DNA from: Eledone cirrhosa
Taxonomy: Eukaryota
DNA: 64,000 bases
Direction: 5' to 3'
NCBI GenBank assembly: GCA_964016885.1
Contig: OZ024753.1
Location: forward strand, 32,612,001 to 32,676,000
Below are positions 29,001 to 44,000 of the stretch, in pieces. Every line of letters begins with the position of its first letter. Position 1 is the stretch's first letter. The notes beneath the pieces were generated by a model. That model saw only the letters and a program-made list of their open reading frames with translations, was not told the DNA's origin and did not search any database. The position numbers and the translations under genes were made by a program.

Positions 29001-32000
29001 TGTGTAATCTATCAGGTTAGTTACACTTCAGTGTGCAATCTATCTGGTCTGTTACACTTCAGTATGCAGTCTATCTGGTCAGTTACACTTCAGTGTGCAG
29101 TCTATCTGGTCAGTTACACTTCAGTGTGTAATCTATCGGGTCAGTTACACGTCAGCGTGTAATCTATCTGATCAGTTACACTTCAGTGTGAAATCTATCT
29201 GGTCAGTTATACTTCAGTGTGTAATCTATCTGGTCAGTTACACTTCATTGTGTAATCTATCTGGTCAGTTACACTTCAGTGTGTAATCTATCTGGTCAGT
29301 TACACTTCAGTGTGCAGTCTATCTGGTCAGTTACACTTCAGTGTGCAATCTATCTAGTCAGTTACACTTCAATGTGCAGTCTATCTGGTCAGTTACAGTT
29401 CAGTGTGTAATCTATCTGGTCAGTTACAATTCAGTGTGTAATCTATCTGGTCAGTTACACTTCAGTGTGTAATCTATCTGGTCAGTTACACTTCAATGTG
29501 CAGTCTATCTGGTCAGTTACACTTCAGTGTGTAATCTATCTGGTCAGTTACACTTCAGTGTGTAATCTATCTGGTCTGTTACACTTCAGTGTGTAATCTC
29601 TCTGGTCAGTTACACTTTAGTGTGTAATCTATCTGGTCAGTTACACTTCAGTATGTAATCTATCTGGTCAGATACACTTCAGTGTGTAATCTATCTGGTC
29701 AGTTACACTTCAATGTGCAGTCTATCTGGTCAGTTACAGTTCAGTGTGTAATCCATCTGGTCAGTTACATTTCAGTGTGTAATCTATCTGGTTAGTTACA
29801 CTTTAGTGTGTAATCTATCTGGTCAGTTACACTTCAGTGTGTAATCTATCTGGTCAGTTACACTTCAGTGTGCAGTCTGTCTGGTCAGTTACACTTTAGT
29901 GTGTAATCTATCTGGTCAGTTACACTTCAGTGTGTAATCTATCTGGTCAGTTACACTTCAGTGTGTAATCTATCTGGTCAGTTACACTTCAGTGTGCAGT
30001 CTATCTGGTCAGTTACACTTTAGTGTGTAATCTATCTGGTCAGTTACCCTTCAGTGTGTAATCTATCTGGACAGTTACACTTCAGTGTGTAATCTATCTG
30101 GTCAGTTATACTTTAGTGCGTAATATATCTGGCCAGTTACACGACAGTGTGTAATCTATCTGGTCAGTTACACTTCAGTGTGTAATCTATCTGGTCAGTT
30201 ACACTTCAGTGTGCAGTCTGTCTGGTCAGTTACACTTTAGTGTGTAATCTATCTGGTCAGTTACACTTCAGTGTGTAATCTATCTGGTCAGTTACACTTC
30301 AGTGTGTAATCTATCTGGTCAGTTACACTTCAGTGTGCAGTCTATCTGGTCAGTTACACTTTAGTGTGTAATCTATCTGGTCAGTTACACTTCAGTGTGT
30401 AATCTATCTGGTCAGTTACACTTTAGTGTGTAATCTATCTGGTCAGTTACACTTCAGTGTGTAATCTATCTGGTCAGTTACACGTCAGTGTGTAATCTAT
30501 CTGGTCAGTTACAGTTCAGTGTGTAATCTATCTGGTCAGTTACACTTCAGTGTGCAGTCTCTCTGGTCAGTTACACTTCAGTGTGTAATCTATCTGGTCA
30601 GTTACACTTCAGTGTGTAATCTATCTGGTCAGTTACACTTCAGTGTGTAATCTATCTGGTCAGTTACACTTCAGTGTGCAGTTTATCTGGTCAGTTACAG
30701 TTCAGTGTGTAATCTATCTGGTCAGTTACACTTCAGTGTGTAATCTATCTCGTCAGTTCCACTTCAGTGTGTAATCTATCTGGTCAGTTACACTTCAGTG
30801 TGTATTCTATCCTGTCCTGTTACACTTCAGTGTGTAATCTATCTGGTCAGTTACACTTCATTGTTTAATCTATCTGGTCAGTTACACTTTAGTGTGTAAT
30901 CTATCTGGTCAGTTACACTTCAGTATGTAATCTATCTGGTCAGTTACACTTCAGTGTGTAATCTATCTGGTCAGTTACACTTCAGTGTGTAATCTATCTG
31001 GTCAGTTACACTTCAATGTGCAGTCTATCTGGTCAGTTACAGTTCAGTGTGTAATCCATCTGGTCAGTTACACTTCAGTGTGTAATCTATCTGGTTAGTT
31101 ACACTTTAGTGTGTAATCTATCTGGTCAGTTACACTTCAGTGTGTAATCTATCTGGTCAGTTACACTTCAGTGTGTAATCTATCTGGTCAGTTACACTTC
31201 AGTGTGCAGTCTATCTGGTCAGTTACACTTCAGTGTGTAATCTAGCTGGTCAGTTACACTTCAGTGTGTTATCTAGCTGGTCAGTTGCACTTCAGTGTGT
31301 AATCTATATGGTCAGTTACACTTTAGTGTGTTATCTATCTGGTCAGTTACACTTCAGCGTGTAATCTATCTGGTCAGTTACACTTCAGTGTACAATCTAT
31401 CTGGTCAGTTACACTTCAGTGTGTAATCTATCTGGTCAGTTACACTTCAGTGTGTAATCTATCTGGTCAGTTATACTTCAGTGTGTAATCTATCTGGTCA
31501 GTTACACTTCAGTGTGCAGTCTATCTGGTCAGTTACACTTCAGTGTGTAATATATCTGGTCAGTTACACTTCAGTGTGTAATCTATCTGGTTAGTTACAC
31601 TTCAGTGTGTAATATATCTGGTCAGTTACAGTTCAGTGTGTAATCTATCGGGTCAGTTACACTTCAGTGTGCAGTCTTTCTGGTCAGTTACACTTCAGTG
31701 TGTAATCTATCTGGTTAGTTACACTTCAGTGTGTAATATATCTGGTCAGTTACACTTCAGTGTGTAATCTATCTGGTCAGTTACACTTCAGTGTGTATTC
31801 TATATGGTCAGTTACACTTCAGTGTGTAATCTATCTGGTCAGTTACACTTCAGTGTACAATCTATCTGGTCAGTTACACTTCAGTGTGTAATCTATCTGG
31901 TCAGTTACACTTCAGTGTGTAATCTATCTGGTCAGTTACACTTCAGTGTGCAGTCTATCTGGTCAGTTACACATACAGTGTGTAATCTATCTGGTTAGTT

Positions 32001-35000
32001 ACACTTCAGTGTGTAATATATCTGGTCAGTTACACTTCAGTGTGTAATCTATCTGGTCAGTTACACTTTAGTGTGTAATCTATCTGGTCAGTTACACTTC
32101 AGTGTGTAATCTATCTGGTCAGTTATACTTCAGTGTGTAATCTATCTGGTCAGTTACACTTTAGTGTGCAGTCTATCTGGTCAGTTACACATTATTGTGT
32201 AATCTATCTGGTCAGTTACACTTCAGTGTGTAATCTATCTGGTCAGCTACACTTCAGTGTGTAATATATCTGGTCAGTTACACTTCAGTGTGCAGTCTAT
32301 CTGGTCAGTTACACTTTAGTGTGCAATTTATCTGGTCAGTTACACTTCAGTGTGTAATCTATCTGGTCAGTTACACTTTAGTGTGTAATCTATCTGGTCA
32401 GTTACACTTCAGTGTGTAATCTATCTGGTCAGTTACACTTCAGTGTGTAATCTATCTGGTCAGTTACACTTTAGTGTGTAATCTATCTGGTCAGTTACAC
32501 GTCAGTGTGTAATCTATCTGGTCAGTTACACTTCAGTGTGTAATCTCTCTGGTCAGTTACACTTCAGTGTGCAGTCTATCTGGTCAGTTACACTTCAGTG
32601 TGTAATCTATCTGGTCAGTTACACTTCAGTGTGTAATCTATCTGGTCAGTTACACTTCAGTGTGTAATCTATCTGGTCAGTTACAGTTCAGCGTGTAATC
32701 TATCTGGTCAGTTACACTTCAGTGTGTAATCTATCTGGTCAGTTACACTTCAGTGTGTAATCTATCTGGTCAGTTACACTATAGTGTGTAATCTATCTAG
32801 TCAGTTACACTTTAGTGTGTAATCTATCTGGTCAGTTACACTTCAGTGTGCAGTCCATCTGGTCAGTTACAGTTCAGTGTGTAATCTATCTGGTCAGTTA
32901 CACTTCAGTGTGTAATCTATCTGGTTAGTTACACTTCAGTGTGTAATCTATCTGGTCAGTTACACTTCAGTGTGTAATTTATCTGGTCAGTTACACTTCA
33001 GTGTGTAATCTATCTGGTCAGTTACACTTCAGTGTGTAATCTATCTGGTCAGTTACACTTCAGTGTGTAATCTATCAGGTTAGTTACACTTCAGTGTGCA
33101 ATCTATCTGGTCTGTTACACTTCAGTATGCAGTCTATCTGGTCAGTTACACTTCAGTGTGCAGTCTATCTGGTCAGTTACACTTCAGTGTGTAATCTATC
33201 GGGTCAGTTACACGTCAGCGTGTAATCTATCTGATCAGTTACACTTCAGTGTGAAATCTATCTGGTCAGTTACACTTTAGTGTGCAGTCTATCTGGTTAG
33301 TTACACTTTAGTGTGCAGTCTATCTGGTTAGTTACACTTTAGTGTGTAATCTATCTGGTCAGTTACACTTCAGTGTGAAATCTATCTGGTCAGTTACACT
33401 TTAGTGTGCAGTCTATCTGGTTAGTTACACTTCAGTGTGTAATCTATCTGGTCAGTTACAGTTCAGTGTGTAATCTATCGGGTCAGTTACACTTCAGTGT
33501 GTAATCTATCTGGTCAGTTACATTTCAGTGTGTAATCTATCGGGTCAGTTACACTTCAGTGTGTAATCTATCTGGTCAGTTACACTTCAGTGTGCAGTCT
33601 ATCTGGTTAGTTACACTTTAGTGTGTAATCTATCTGGTCAGTTACACTTCAGTGTGTAATCTATCTGGTCAGTTACACGTCAGTGTGTAGTCTATCTAGT
33701 CAGTTACACGTCAGTGTGTAATCTATCTGGTCAGTTACACGTCAGTGTGTAATCTAGCTGGTCAGTTACACTTCAGTGTGTAATCTATCTGGTCAGTTAC
33801 ACTTCAGTGTGCAATCTATCTGGTCAGTTACACTTCAGTGTGCAGTCTATCTGGTTAGTTACACTTCAGTGTGTAATCTATCTGGTCAGTTACACTTCAG
33901 TGTTTAATATAATGGTCAGTTACACTTCAGTGTGTAATCTATCTGGTCAGTTACACTTCAGTGTGTAATCTATTGGTCAGTTACACTTCAGTGTGTAATC
34001 TATCTGGTCAGTTACACTTCAGTGTGTAATCTATCTGGTCAGTTACACTTCAGTGTGTAATCTATTGGTCAGTTACACTTCAGTGTGTAATCTATCTGGT
34101 CAGTTACACTTCAGTGTGTAATCTATCTGGTCAGTTACACTTCAGTGTGTAATCTATTGGTCAGTTACACTTCAGTGTGTAATCTATCTGGTCAGTTACA
34201 CTTCAGTGTGTAATCTATCTGGTCAGTTACACTTCAGTGTGTAATCTATCTGGTCATTTACACTTCAGTGTGTAATCTATCTGGTCAGTTACACTTCAGT
34301 GTGTAATCTATCTGGTCAGTTACACTTCAGTGTGTAATCTATTGGTCAGTTACACTTCAGTGTGTAATCTATCTGGTCAGTTACACTTCAGTGTGTAATC
34401 TATCTGGTCAGTTACACTTCAGTGTGTAATCTATTGGTCAGTTACACTTCAGTGTGTAATCTATCTGGTCAGTTACACTTCAGTGTGTAATCTATCTGGT
34501 CAGTTACACTTCAGTGTGTAATCTATCTGGTCATTTACACTTCAGTGTGTAATCTATCTGGTCAGTTACACTTCAGTGTGTAATCTATCTGGTCAGTTAC
34601 CCTTCAGTGTGTAATCTATCTGGTCAGTTACCCTTCAGTGTGTAATCTATCTGGTCATTTACACTTCAGTGTGTAATCTATCTGGTCAGTTACCCTTCAG
34701 TGTGTAATCTATCTGGTCAGTTACACTTCAGTGTATAATCTATCTCGTCAGTTACACTTCAGTGTGTAATCTATCTGGTCAGTTACCCTTCAGTGTGTAA
34801 TCTATCTGGTCAGTTACACTTCAGTGTGTAATCTATCTGGTCAGTTACCCTTCAGTGTGTAATCTATCTGGTCAGTTACACTTCAGTGTGTAATCTATCT
34901 GGTCAGTTACAGTTCAGTGTGTAATCTATCTGGTCAGTTACCCTTCAGTGTGTAATCTATCTGGTCAGTTACCCTTCAGTGTGTAATCTATTGGTCAGTT

Positions 35001-38000
35001 ACACTTCAGTGTGTAATCTATCTGGTCATTTACACTTCAGTGTGTAATCTATCTGGTCAGTTACACTTCAGTGTGTAATCTATCTGGTCAGTTACCCTTC
35101 AGTGTGTAATCTATCTGGTCAGTTACCCTTCAGTGTGTAATCTATCTGGTCAGTTACACTTCAGTGTGTAATCTATCTCGTCAGTTACACTTCAGTGTGT
35201 AATCTATCTGGTCAGTTACCCTTCAGTGTGTAATCTATCTGGTCAGTTACACTTCAGTGTGTAATCTATCTGGTCAGTTACACTTCAGTGTGTAATCTAT
35301 CTGGTCAGTTACACTTCAGTGTGTAATCTATCTCGTCAGTTACACTTCTGTGTGTAATCTATCTGGACAGTTACACTTCAGTGTGTAATCTATCTGGTCA
35401 GTTATACTTTAGTGCGTAATATATCTGGCCAGTTACACGACAGTGTGTAATCTATCTGGTCAGTTACACTTCAGTGTGTAATCTATCTGGTCAGTTACAC
35501 TTCAGTGTGCAGTCTGTCTGGTCAGTTACACTTTAGTGTGTAATCTATCTGGTCAGTTACACTTCAGTGTGTAATCTATCTGGTCAGTTACACTTCAGTG
35601 TGTAATCTATCTGGTCAGTTACACTTCAGTGTGCAGTCTATCTGGTCAGTTACACTTTAGTGTGTAATCTATCTGGTCAGTTACACTTCAGTGTGTAATC
35701 TATCTGGTCAGTTACACTTTAGTGTGTAATCTATCTGGTCAGTTACACTTCAGTGTGTAATCTATCTGGTCAGTTACACGTCAGTGTGTAATCTATCTGG
35801 TCAGTTACAGTTCAGTGTGTAATCTATCTGGTCAGTTACACTTCAGTGTGCAGTCTCTCTGGTCAGTTACACTTCAGTGTGTAATCTATCTGGTCAGTTA
35901 CACTTCAGTGTGTAATCTATCTGGTCAGTTACACTTCAGTGTGTAATCTATCTGGTCAGTTACACTTCAGTGTGCAGTATATCTGGTCAGTTACAGTTCA
36001 GTGTGTAATCTATCTGGTCAGTTACACTTCAGTGTGTAATCTATCTCGTCAGTTCCACTTCACTGTGTAATCTATCTGGTCAGTTACACTTCAGTGTGTA
36101 ATCTATCCTGTCCTGTTACACTTCAGTGTGTAATCTATCTGGTCAGTTACACTTCATTGTTTAATCTATCTGGTCAGTTACACTTTAGTGTGTAATCTAT
36201 CTGGTCAGTTACACTTCAGTATGTAATCTATCTGGTCAGTTACACTTCAGTGTGTAATCTATCTGGTCAGTTACACTTCAGTGTGTAATCTATCTGGTCA
36301 GTTACACTTCAATGTGCAGTCTATCTGGTCAGTTACAGTTCAGTGTGTAATCCATCTGGTCAGTTACACTTCAGTGTGTAATCTATCTGGTTAGTTACAC
36401 TTTAGTGTGTAATCTATCTGGTCAGTTACACTTCAGTGTGTAATCTATCTGTTCAGTTACACTTCAGTGTGTAATCTATCTGGTCAGTTACACTTCAGTG
36501 TGCAGTCTATCTGGTCAGTTACACTTCAGTGTGTAATCTAGCTGGTCAGTTACACTTCAGTGTGTTATCTAGCTGGTCAGTTGCACTTCAGTGTGTAATC
36601 TATATGGTCAGTTACACTTTAGTGTGTTATCTATCTGGTCAGTTACACTTCAGCGTGTAATCTATCTGGTCAGTTACACTTCAGTGTACAATCTATCTGG
36701 TCAGTTACACTTCAGTGTGTAATCTATCTGGTCAGTTACACTTCAGTGTGTAATATATCTGGTCAGTTACACTTCAGTGTGTAATCTATCTGGTTAGTTA
36801 CACTTCAGTGTGTAATATATCTGGTCAGTTACAGTTCAGTGTGTAATCTATCGGGTCAGTTACACTTCAGTGTGCAGTCTTTCTGGTCAGTTACACTTCA
36901 GTGTGTAATCTATCTGGTTAGTTACACTTCAGTGTGTAATATATCTGGTCAGTTACACTTCAGTGTGTAATCTATCTGGTCAGTTACACTTCAGTGTGTA
37001 TTCTATATGGTCAGTTACACTTCAGTGTGTAATCTATCTGGTCAGTTACACTTCAGTGTACAATCTATCTGGTCAGTTACACTTCAGTGTGTAATCTATC
37101 TGGTCAGTTACACTTCAGTGTGTAATCTATCTGGTCAGTTACACTTCAGTGTGCAGTCTATCTGGTCAGTTACACATACAGTGTGTAATCTATCTGGTTA
37201 GTTACACTTCAGTGTGTAATATATCTGGTCAGTTACACTTCAGTGTGTAATCTATCTGGTCAGTTACACTTTAGTGTGTAATCTATCTGGTCAGTTACAC
37301 TTCAGTGTGTAATCTATCTGGTCAGTTATACTTCAGTGTGTAATCTATCTGGTCAGTTACACTTTAGTGTGCAGTCTATCTGGTCAGTTACACTTTATTG
37401 TGTAATCTATCTGGTCAGTTACACTTCAGTGTGTAATCTATCTGGTCAGCTACACTTCAGTGTGTAATATATCTGGTCAGTTACACTTCAGTGTGCAGTC
37501 TATCTGGTCAGTTACACTTTAGTGTGCAATTTATCTGGTCAGTTACACTTCAGTGTGTAATCTATCTGGTCAGTTACACTTTAGTGTGTAATCTATCTGG
37601 TCAGTTACACTTCAGTGTGTAATCTATCTGGTCAGTTACACTTCAGTGTGTAATCTATCTGGTCAGTTACACTTTAGTGTGTAATCTATCTGGTCAGTTA
37701 CACGTCAGTGTGTAATCTATCTGGTCAGTTACACTTCAGTGTGTAATCTATCTGGTCAGTTACACTTCAGTGTGCAGTCTATCTGGTCAGTTACACTTCA
37801 GTGTGTAATCTATCTGGTCAGTTACACTTCAGTGTGTAATCTATCTGGTCAGTTACACTTCAGTGTGTAATCTATCTGGTCAGTTACAGTTCAGCGTGTA
37901 ATCTATCTGGTCAGTTACACTTCAGTGTGTAATCTATCTGGTCAGTTACACTTCAGTGTGTAATCTATCTGGTCAGTTACACTACAGTGTGTAATCTATC

Positions 38001-41000
38001 TAGTCAGTTACACTTTAGTGTGTAATCTATCTGGTCAGTTACACTTCAGTGTGCAGTCCATCTGGTCAGTTACAGTTCAGTGTGTAATCTATCTGGTCAG
38101 TTACACTTCAGTGTGTAATCTATCTGGTTAGTTACACTTCAGTGTGTAATCTATCTGGTCAGTTACACTTCAGTGTGTAATTTATCTGGAGAGTTACACT
38201 TCAGTGTGTAATCTATCTGGTCAGTTACACTTCAGTGTGTAATCTATCTGGTCAGTTACACTTCAGTGTGTAATCTATCTGGTCAGTTACACTTCAGTGT
38301 GCAGTCTATCTGGTCAGTTACACTTCAGTGTGTAATATATCTGGTCAGTTACACTTCAGTGTGCAGTCTATCTGGTCAGTTACAGTTCAGTGTGTAATCT
38401 ATCTGGTCAGTTACACTTCAGTGTGTAATCTATCTGGTCAGTTACAATTCAGTGTGTAATCTATCTGGTCAGTTACACTTCAGTGTGTAATCTATCTGGT
38501 CAGTTACACTTCAATGTGCAGTCTATCTGGTCAGTTACACTTCAGTGTGTAATCTATCTGGTCAGTTACACTTCAGTGTGTAATCTATCTGGTCTGTTAC
38601 ACTTCAGTGTGTAATCTCTCTGGTCAGTTACACTTTAGTGTGTAATCTATCTGGTCAGTTACACTTCAGTATGTAATCTATCTGGTCAGATACACTTCAG
38701 TGTGTAATCTATCTGGTCAGTTACACTTCAATGTGCAGTCTATCTGGTCAGTTACAGTTCAGTGTGTAATCCATCTGGTCAGTTACATTTCAGTGTGTAA
38801 TCTATCTGGTTAGTTACACTTTAGTGTGTAATCTATCTGGTCAGTTACACTTCAGTGTGTAATCTATCTGGTCAGTTACACTTCAGTGTGCAGTCTGTCT
38901 GGTCAGTTACACTTTAGTGTGTAATCTATCTGGTCAGTTACACTTCAGTGTGTAATCTATCTGGTCAGTTACACTTCAGTGTGTAATCTATCTGGTCAGT
39001 TACACTTCAGTGTGCAGTCTATCTGGTCAGTTACACTTTAGTGTGTAATCTATCTGGTCAGTTACCCTTCAGTGTGTAATCTATCTGGACAGTTACACTT
39101 CAGTGTGTAATCTATCTGGTCAGTTATACTTTAGTGCGTAATATATCTGGCCAGTTACACGACAGTGTGTAATCTATCTGGTCAGTTACACTTCAGTGTG
39201 TAATCTATCTGGTCAGTTACACTTCAGTGTGCAGTCTGTCTGGTCAGTTACACTTTAGTGTGTAATCTATCTGGTCAGTTACACTTCAGTGTGTAATCTA
39301 TCTGGTCAGTTACACTTCAGTGTGTAATCTATCTGGTCAGTTACACTTCAGTGTGCAGTCTATCTGGTCAGTTACACTTTAGTGTGTAATCTATCTGGTC
39401 AGTTACACTTCAGTGTGTAATCTATCTGGTCAGTTACACTTTAGTGTGTAATCTATCTGGTCAGTTACACTTCAGTGTGTAATCTATCTGGTCAGTTACA
39501 CGTCAGTGTGTAATCTATCTGGTCAGTTACAGTTCAGTGTGTAATCTATCTGGTCAGTTACACTTCAGTGTGCAGTCTCTCTGGTCAGTTACACTTCAGT
39601 GTGTAATCTATCTGGTCAGTTACACTTCAGTGTGTAATCTATCTGGTCAGTTACACTTCAGTGTGTAATCTATCTGGTCAGTTACACTTCAGTGTGTAAT
39701 CTATCTGGTCAGTTACACTTCAGTGTGCAGTATATCTGGTCAGTTACAGTTCAGTGTGTAATCTATCTGGTCAGTTACACTTCAGTGTGTAATCTATCTC
39801 GTCAGTTCCACTTCAGTGTGTAATCTATCTGGTCAGTTACACTTCAGTGTGTATTCTATCCTGTCCTGTTACACTTCAGTGTGTAATCTATCTGGTCAGT
39901 TACACTTCATTGTTTAATCTATCTGGTCAGTTACACTTTAGTGTGTAATCTATCTGGTCAGTTACACTTCAGTATGTAATCTATCTGGTCAGTTACACTT
40001 CAGTGTGTAATCTATCTGGTCAGTTACACTTCAGTGTGTAATCTATCTGGTCAGTTACACTTCAATGTGCAGTCTATCTGGTCAGTTACAGTTCAGTGTG
40101 TAATCCATCTGGTCAGTTACACTTCAGTGTGTAATCTATCTGGTTAGTTACACTTTAGTGTGTAATCTATCTGGTCAGTTACACTTCAGTGTGTAATCTA
40201 TCTGGTCAGTTACACTTCAGTGTGTAATCTATCTGGTCAGTTACACTTCAGTGTGCAGTCTATCTGGTCAGTTACACTTCAGTGTGTAATCTAGCTGGTC
40301 AGTTACACTTCAGTGTGTTATCTAGCTGGTCAGTTGCACTTCAGTGTGTAATCTATATGGTCAGTTACACTTTAGTGTGTTATCTATCTGGTCAGTTACA
40401 CTTCAGCGTGTAATCTATCTGGTCAGTTACACTTCAGTGTACAATCTATCTGGTCAGTTACACTTCAGTGTGTAATCTATCTGGTCAGTTACACTTCAGT
40501 GTGTAATCTATCTGGTCAGTTATACTTCAGTGTGTAATCTATCTGGTCAGTTACACTTCAGTGTGCAGTCTATCTGGTCAGTTACACTTCAGTGTGTAAT
40601 ATATCTGGTCAGTTACACTTCAGTGTGTAATCTATCTGGTTAGTTACACTTCAGTGTGTAATATATCTGGTCAGTTACAGTTCAGTGTGTAATCTATCGG
40701 GTCAGTTACACTTCAGTGTGCAGTCTTTCTGGTCAGTTACACTTCAGTGTGTAATCTATCTGGTTAGTTACACTTCAGTGTGTAATATATCTGGTCAGTT
40801 ACACTTCAGTGTGTAATCTATCTGGTCAGTTACACTTCAGTGTGTATTCTATATGGTCAGTTACACTTCAGTGTGTAATCTATCTGGTCAGTTACACTTC
40901 AGTGTACAATCTATCTGGTCAGTTACACTTCAGTGTGTAATCTATCTGGTCAGTTACACTTCAGTGTGTAATCTATCTGGTCAGTTACACTTCAGTGTGC

Positions 41001-44000
41001 AGTCTATCTGGTCAGTTACACATACAGTGTGTAATCTATCTGGTTAGTTACACTTCAGTGTGTAATATATCTGGTCAGTTACACTTCAGTGTGTAATCTA
41101 TCTGGTCAGTTACACTTTAGTGTGTAATCTATCTGGTCAGTTACACTTCAGTGTGTAATCTATCTGGTCAGTTATACGTCAGTGTGTAATCTATCTGGTC
41201 AGTTACACTTTAGTGTGCAGTCTATCTGGTCAGTTACACATTATTGTGTAATCTATCTGGTCAGTTACACTTCAGTGTGTAATCTATCTGGTCAGCTACA
41301 CTTCAGTGTGTAATATATCTGGTCAGTTACACTTCAGTGTGCAGTCTATCTGGTCAGTTACACTTTAGTGTGCAATTTATCTGGTCAGTTACACTTCAGT
41401 GTGTAATCTATCTGGTCAGTTACACTTTAGTGTGTAATCTATCTGGTCAGTTACACTTCAGTGTGTAATCTATCTGGTCAGTTACACTTCAGTGTGTAAT
41501 CTATCTGGTCAGTTACACTTTAGTGTGTAATCTATCTGGTCAGTTACACGTCAGTGTGTAATCTATCTGGTCAGTTACACTTCAGTGTGTAATCTATCTG
41601 GTCAGTTACACTTCAGTGTGCAGTCTATCTGGTCAGTTACACTTCAGTGTGTAATCTATCTGGTCAGTTACACTTCAGTGTGTAATCTATCTGGTCAGTT
41701 ACACTTCAGTGTGTAATCTATCTGGTCAGTTACAGTTCAGCGTGTAATCTATCTGGTCAGTTACACTTCAGTGTGTAATCTATCTGGTCAGTTACACTTC
41801 AGTGTGTAATCTATCTGGTCAGTTACACTATAGTGTGTAATCTATCTAGTCAGTTACACTTTAGTGTGTAATCTATCTGGTCAGTTACACTTCAGTGTGC
41901 AGTCCATCTGGTCAGTTACAGTTCAGTGTGTAATCTATCTGGTCAGTTACACTTCAGTGTGTAATCTATCTGGTTAGTTACACTTCAGTGTGTAATCTAT
42001 CTGGTCAGTTACACTTCAGTGTGTAATTTATCTGGTCAGTTACACTTCAGTGTGTAATCTATCTGGTCAGTTACACTTCAGTGTGTAATCTATCTGGTCA
42101 GTTACACTTCAGTGTGTAATCTATCAGGTTAGTTACACTTCAGTGTGCAATCTATCTGGTCTGTTACACTTCAGTATGCAGTCTATCTGGTCAGTTACAC
42201 TTCAGTGTGCAGTCTATCTGGTCAGTTACACTTCAGTGTGTAATCTATCGGGTCAGTTACACGTCAGCGTGTAATCTATCTGATCAGTTACACTTCAGTG
42301 TGAAATCTATCTGGTCAGTTACACTTTAGTGTGCAGTCTATCTGGTTAGTTACACTTTAGTGTGCAGTCTATCTGGTTAGTTACACTTTAGTGTGTAATC
42401 TATCTGGTCAGTTACACTTCAGTGTGAAATCTATCTGGTCAGTTACACTTTAGTGTGCAGTCTATCTGGTTAGTTACACTTCAGTGTGTAATCTATCTGG
42501 TCAGTTACAGTTCAGTGTGTAATCTATCGGGTCAGTTACACTTCAGTGTGTAATCTATCTGGTCAGTTACATTTCAGTGTGTAATCTATCGGGTCAGTTA
42601 CACTTCAGTGTGTAATCTATCTGGTCAGTTACACTTCAGTGTGCAGTCTATCTGGTTAGTTACACTTTAGTGTGTAATCTATCTGGTCAGTTACACTTCA
42701 GTGTGTAATCTATCTGGTCAGTTACACGTCAGTGTGTAGTCTATCTAGTCAGTTACACGTCAGTGTGTAATCTATCTGGTCAGTTACACGTCAGTGTGTA
42801 ATCTAGCTGGTCAGTTACACTTCAGTGTGTAATCTATCTGGTCAGTTACACTTCAGTGTGCAATCTATCTGGTCAGTTACACTTCAGTGTGCAGTCTATC
42901 TGGTTAGTTACACTTCAGTGTGTAATCTATCTGGTCAGTTACACTTCAGTGTTTAATATAATGGTCAGTTACACTTCAGTGTGTAATCTATCTGGTCAGT
43001 TACACTTCAGTGTGTAATCTATTGGTCAGTTACACTTCAGTGTGTAATCTATCTGGTCAGTTACACTTCAGTGTGTAATCTATCTGGTCAGTTACACTTC
43101 AGTGTGTAATCTATTGGTCAGTTACACTTCAGTGTGTAATCTATCTGGTCAGTTACACTTCAGTGTGTAATCTATCTGGTCAGTTACACTTCAGTGTGTA
43201 ATCTATTGGTCAGTTACACTTCAGTGTGTAATCTATCTGGTCAGTTACACTTCAGTGTGTAATCTATCTGGTCAGTTACACTTCAGTGTGTAATCTATCT
43301 GGTCATTTACACTTCAGTGTGTAATCTATCTGGTCAGTTACACTTCAGTGTGTAATCTATCTGGTCAGTTACACTTCAGTGTGTAATCTATTGGTCAGTT
43401 ACACTTCAGTGTGTAATCTATCTGGTCAGTTACACTTCAGTGTGTAATCTATCTGGTCAGTTACACTTCAGTGTGTAATCTATTGGTCAGTTACACTTCA
43501 GTGTGTAATCTATCTGGTCAGTTACACTTCAGTGTGTAATCTATCTGGTCAGTTACACTTCAGTGTGTAATCTATCTGGTCATTTACACTTCAGTGTGTA
43601 ATCTATCTGGTCAGTTACACTTCAGTGTGTAATCTATCTGGTCAGTTACCCTTCAGTGTGTAATCTATCTGGTCAGTTACCCTTCAGTGTGTAATCTATC
43701 TGGTCATTTACACTTCAGTGTGTAATCTATCTGGTCAGTTACCCTTCAGTGTGTAATCTATCTGGTCAGTTACACTTCAGTGTATAATCTATCTCGTCAG
43801 TTACACTTCAGTGTGTAATCTATCTGGTCAGTTACCCTTCAGTGTGTAATCTATCTGGTCAGTTACACTTCAGTGTGTAATCTATCTGGTCAGTTACCCT
43901 TCAGTGTGTAATCTATCTGGTCAGTTACACTTCAGTGTGTAATCTATCTGGTCAGTTACCCTTCAGTGTGTAATCTATCTGGTCAGTTACAGTTCAGTGT

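Noticed and set aside
4964-41047. Repetitive Cys/His-containing ORFs (CNLSGQLHFSV...) as zinc-finger or repeat proteins
   Set aside because: They are translations of the 31-bp satellite, open only where TAA variants occur; there is no C2H2 spacing, and the consensus has a stop every 93 nt.
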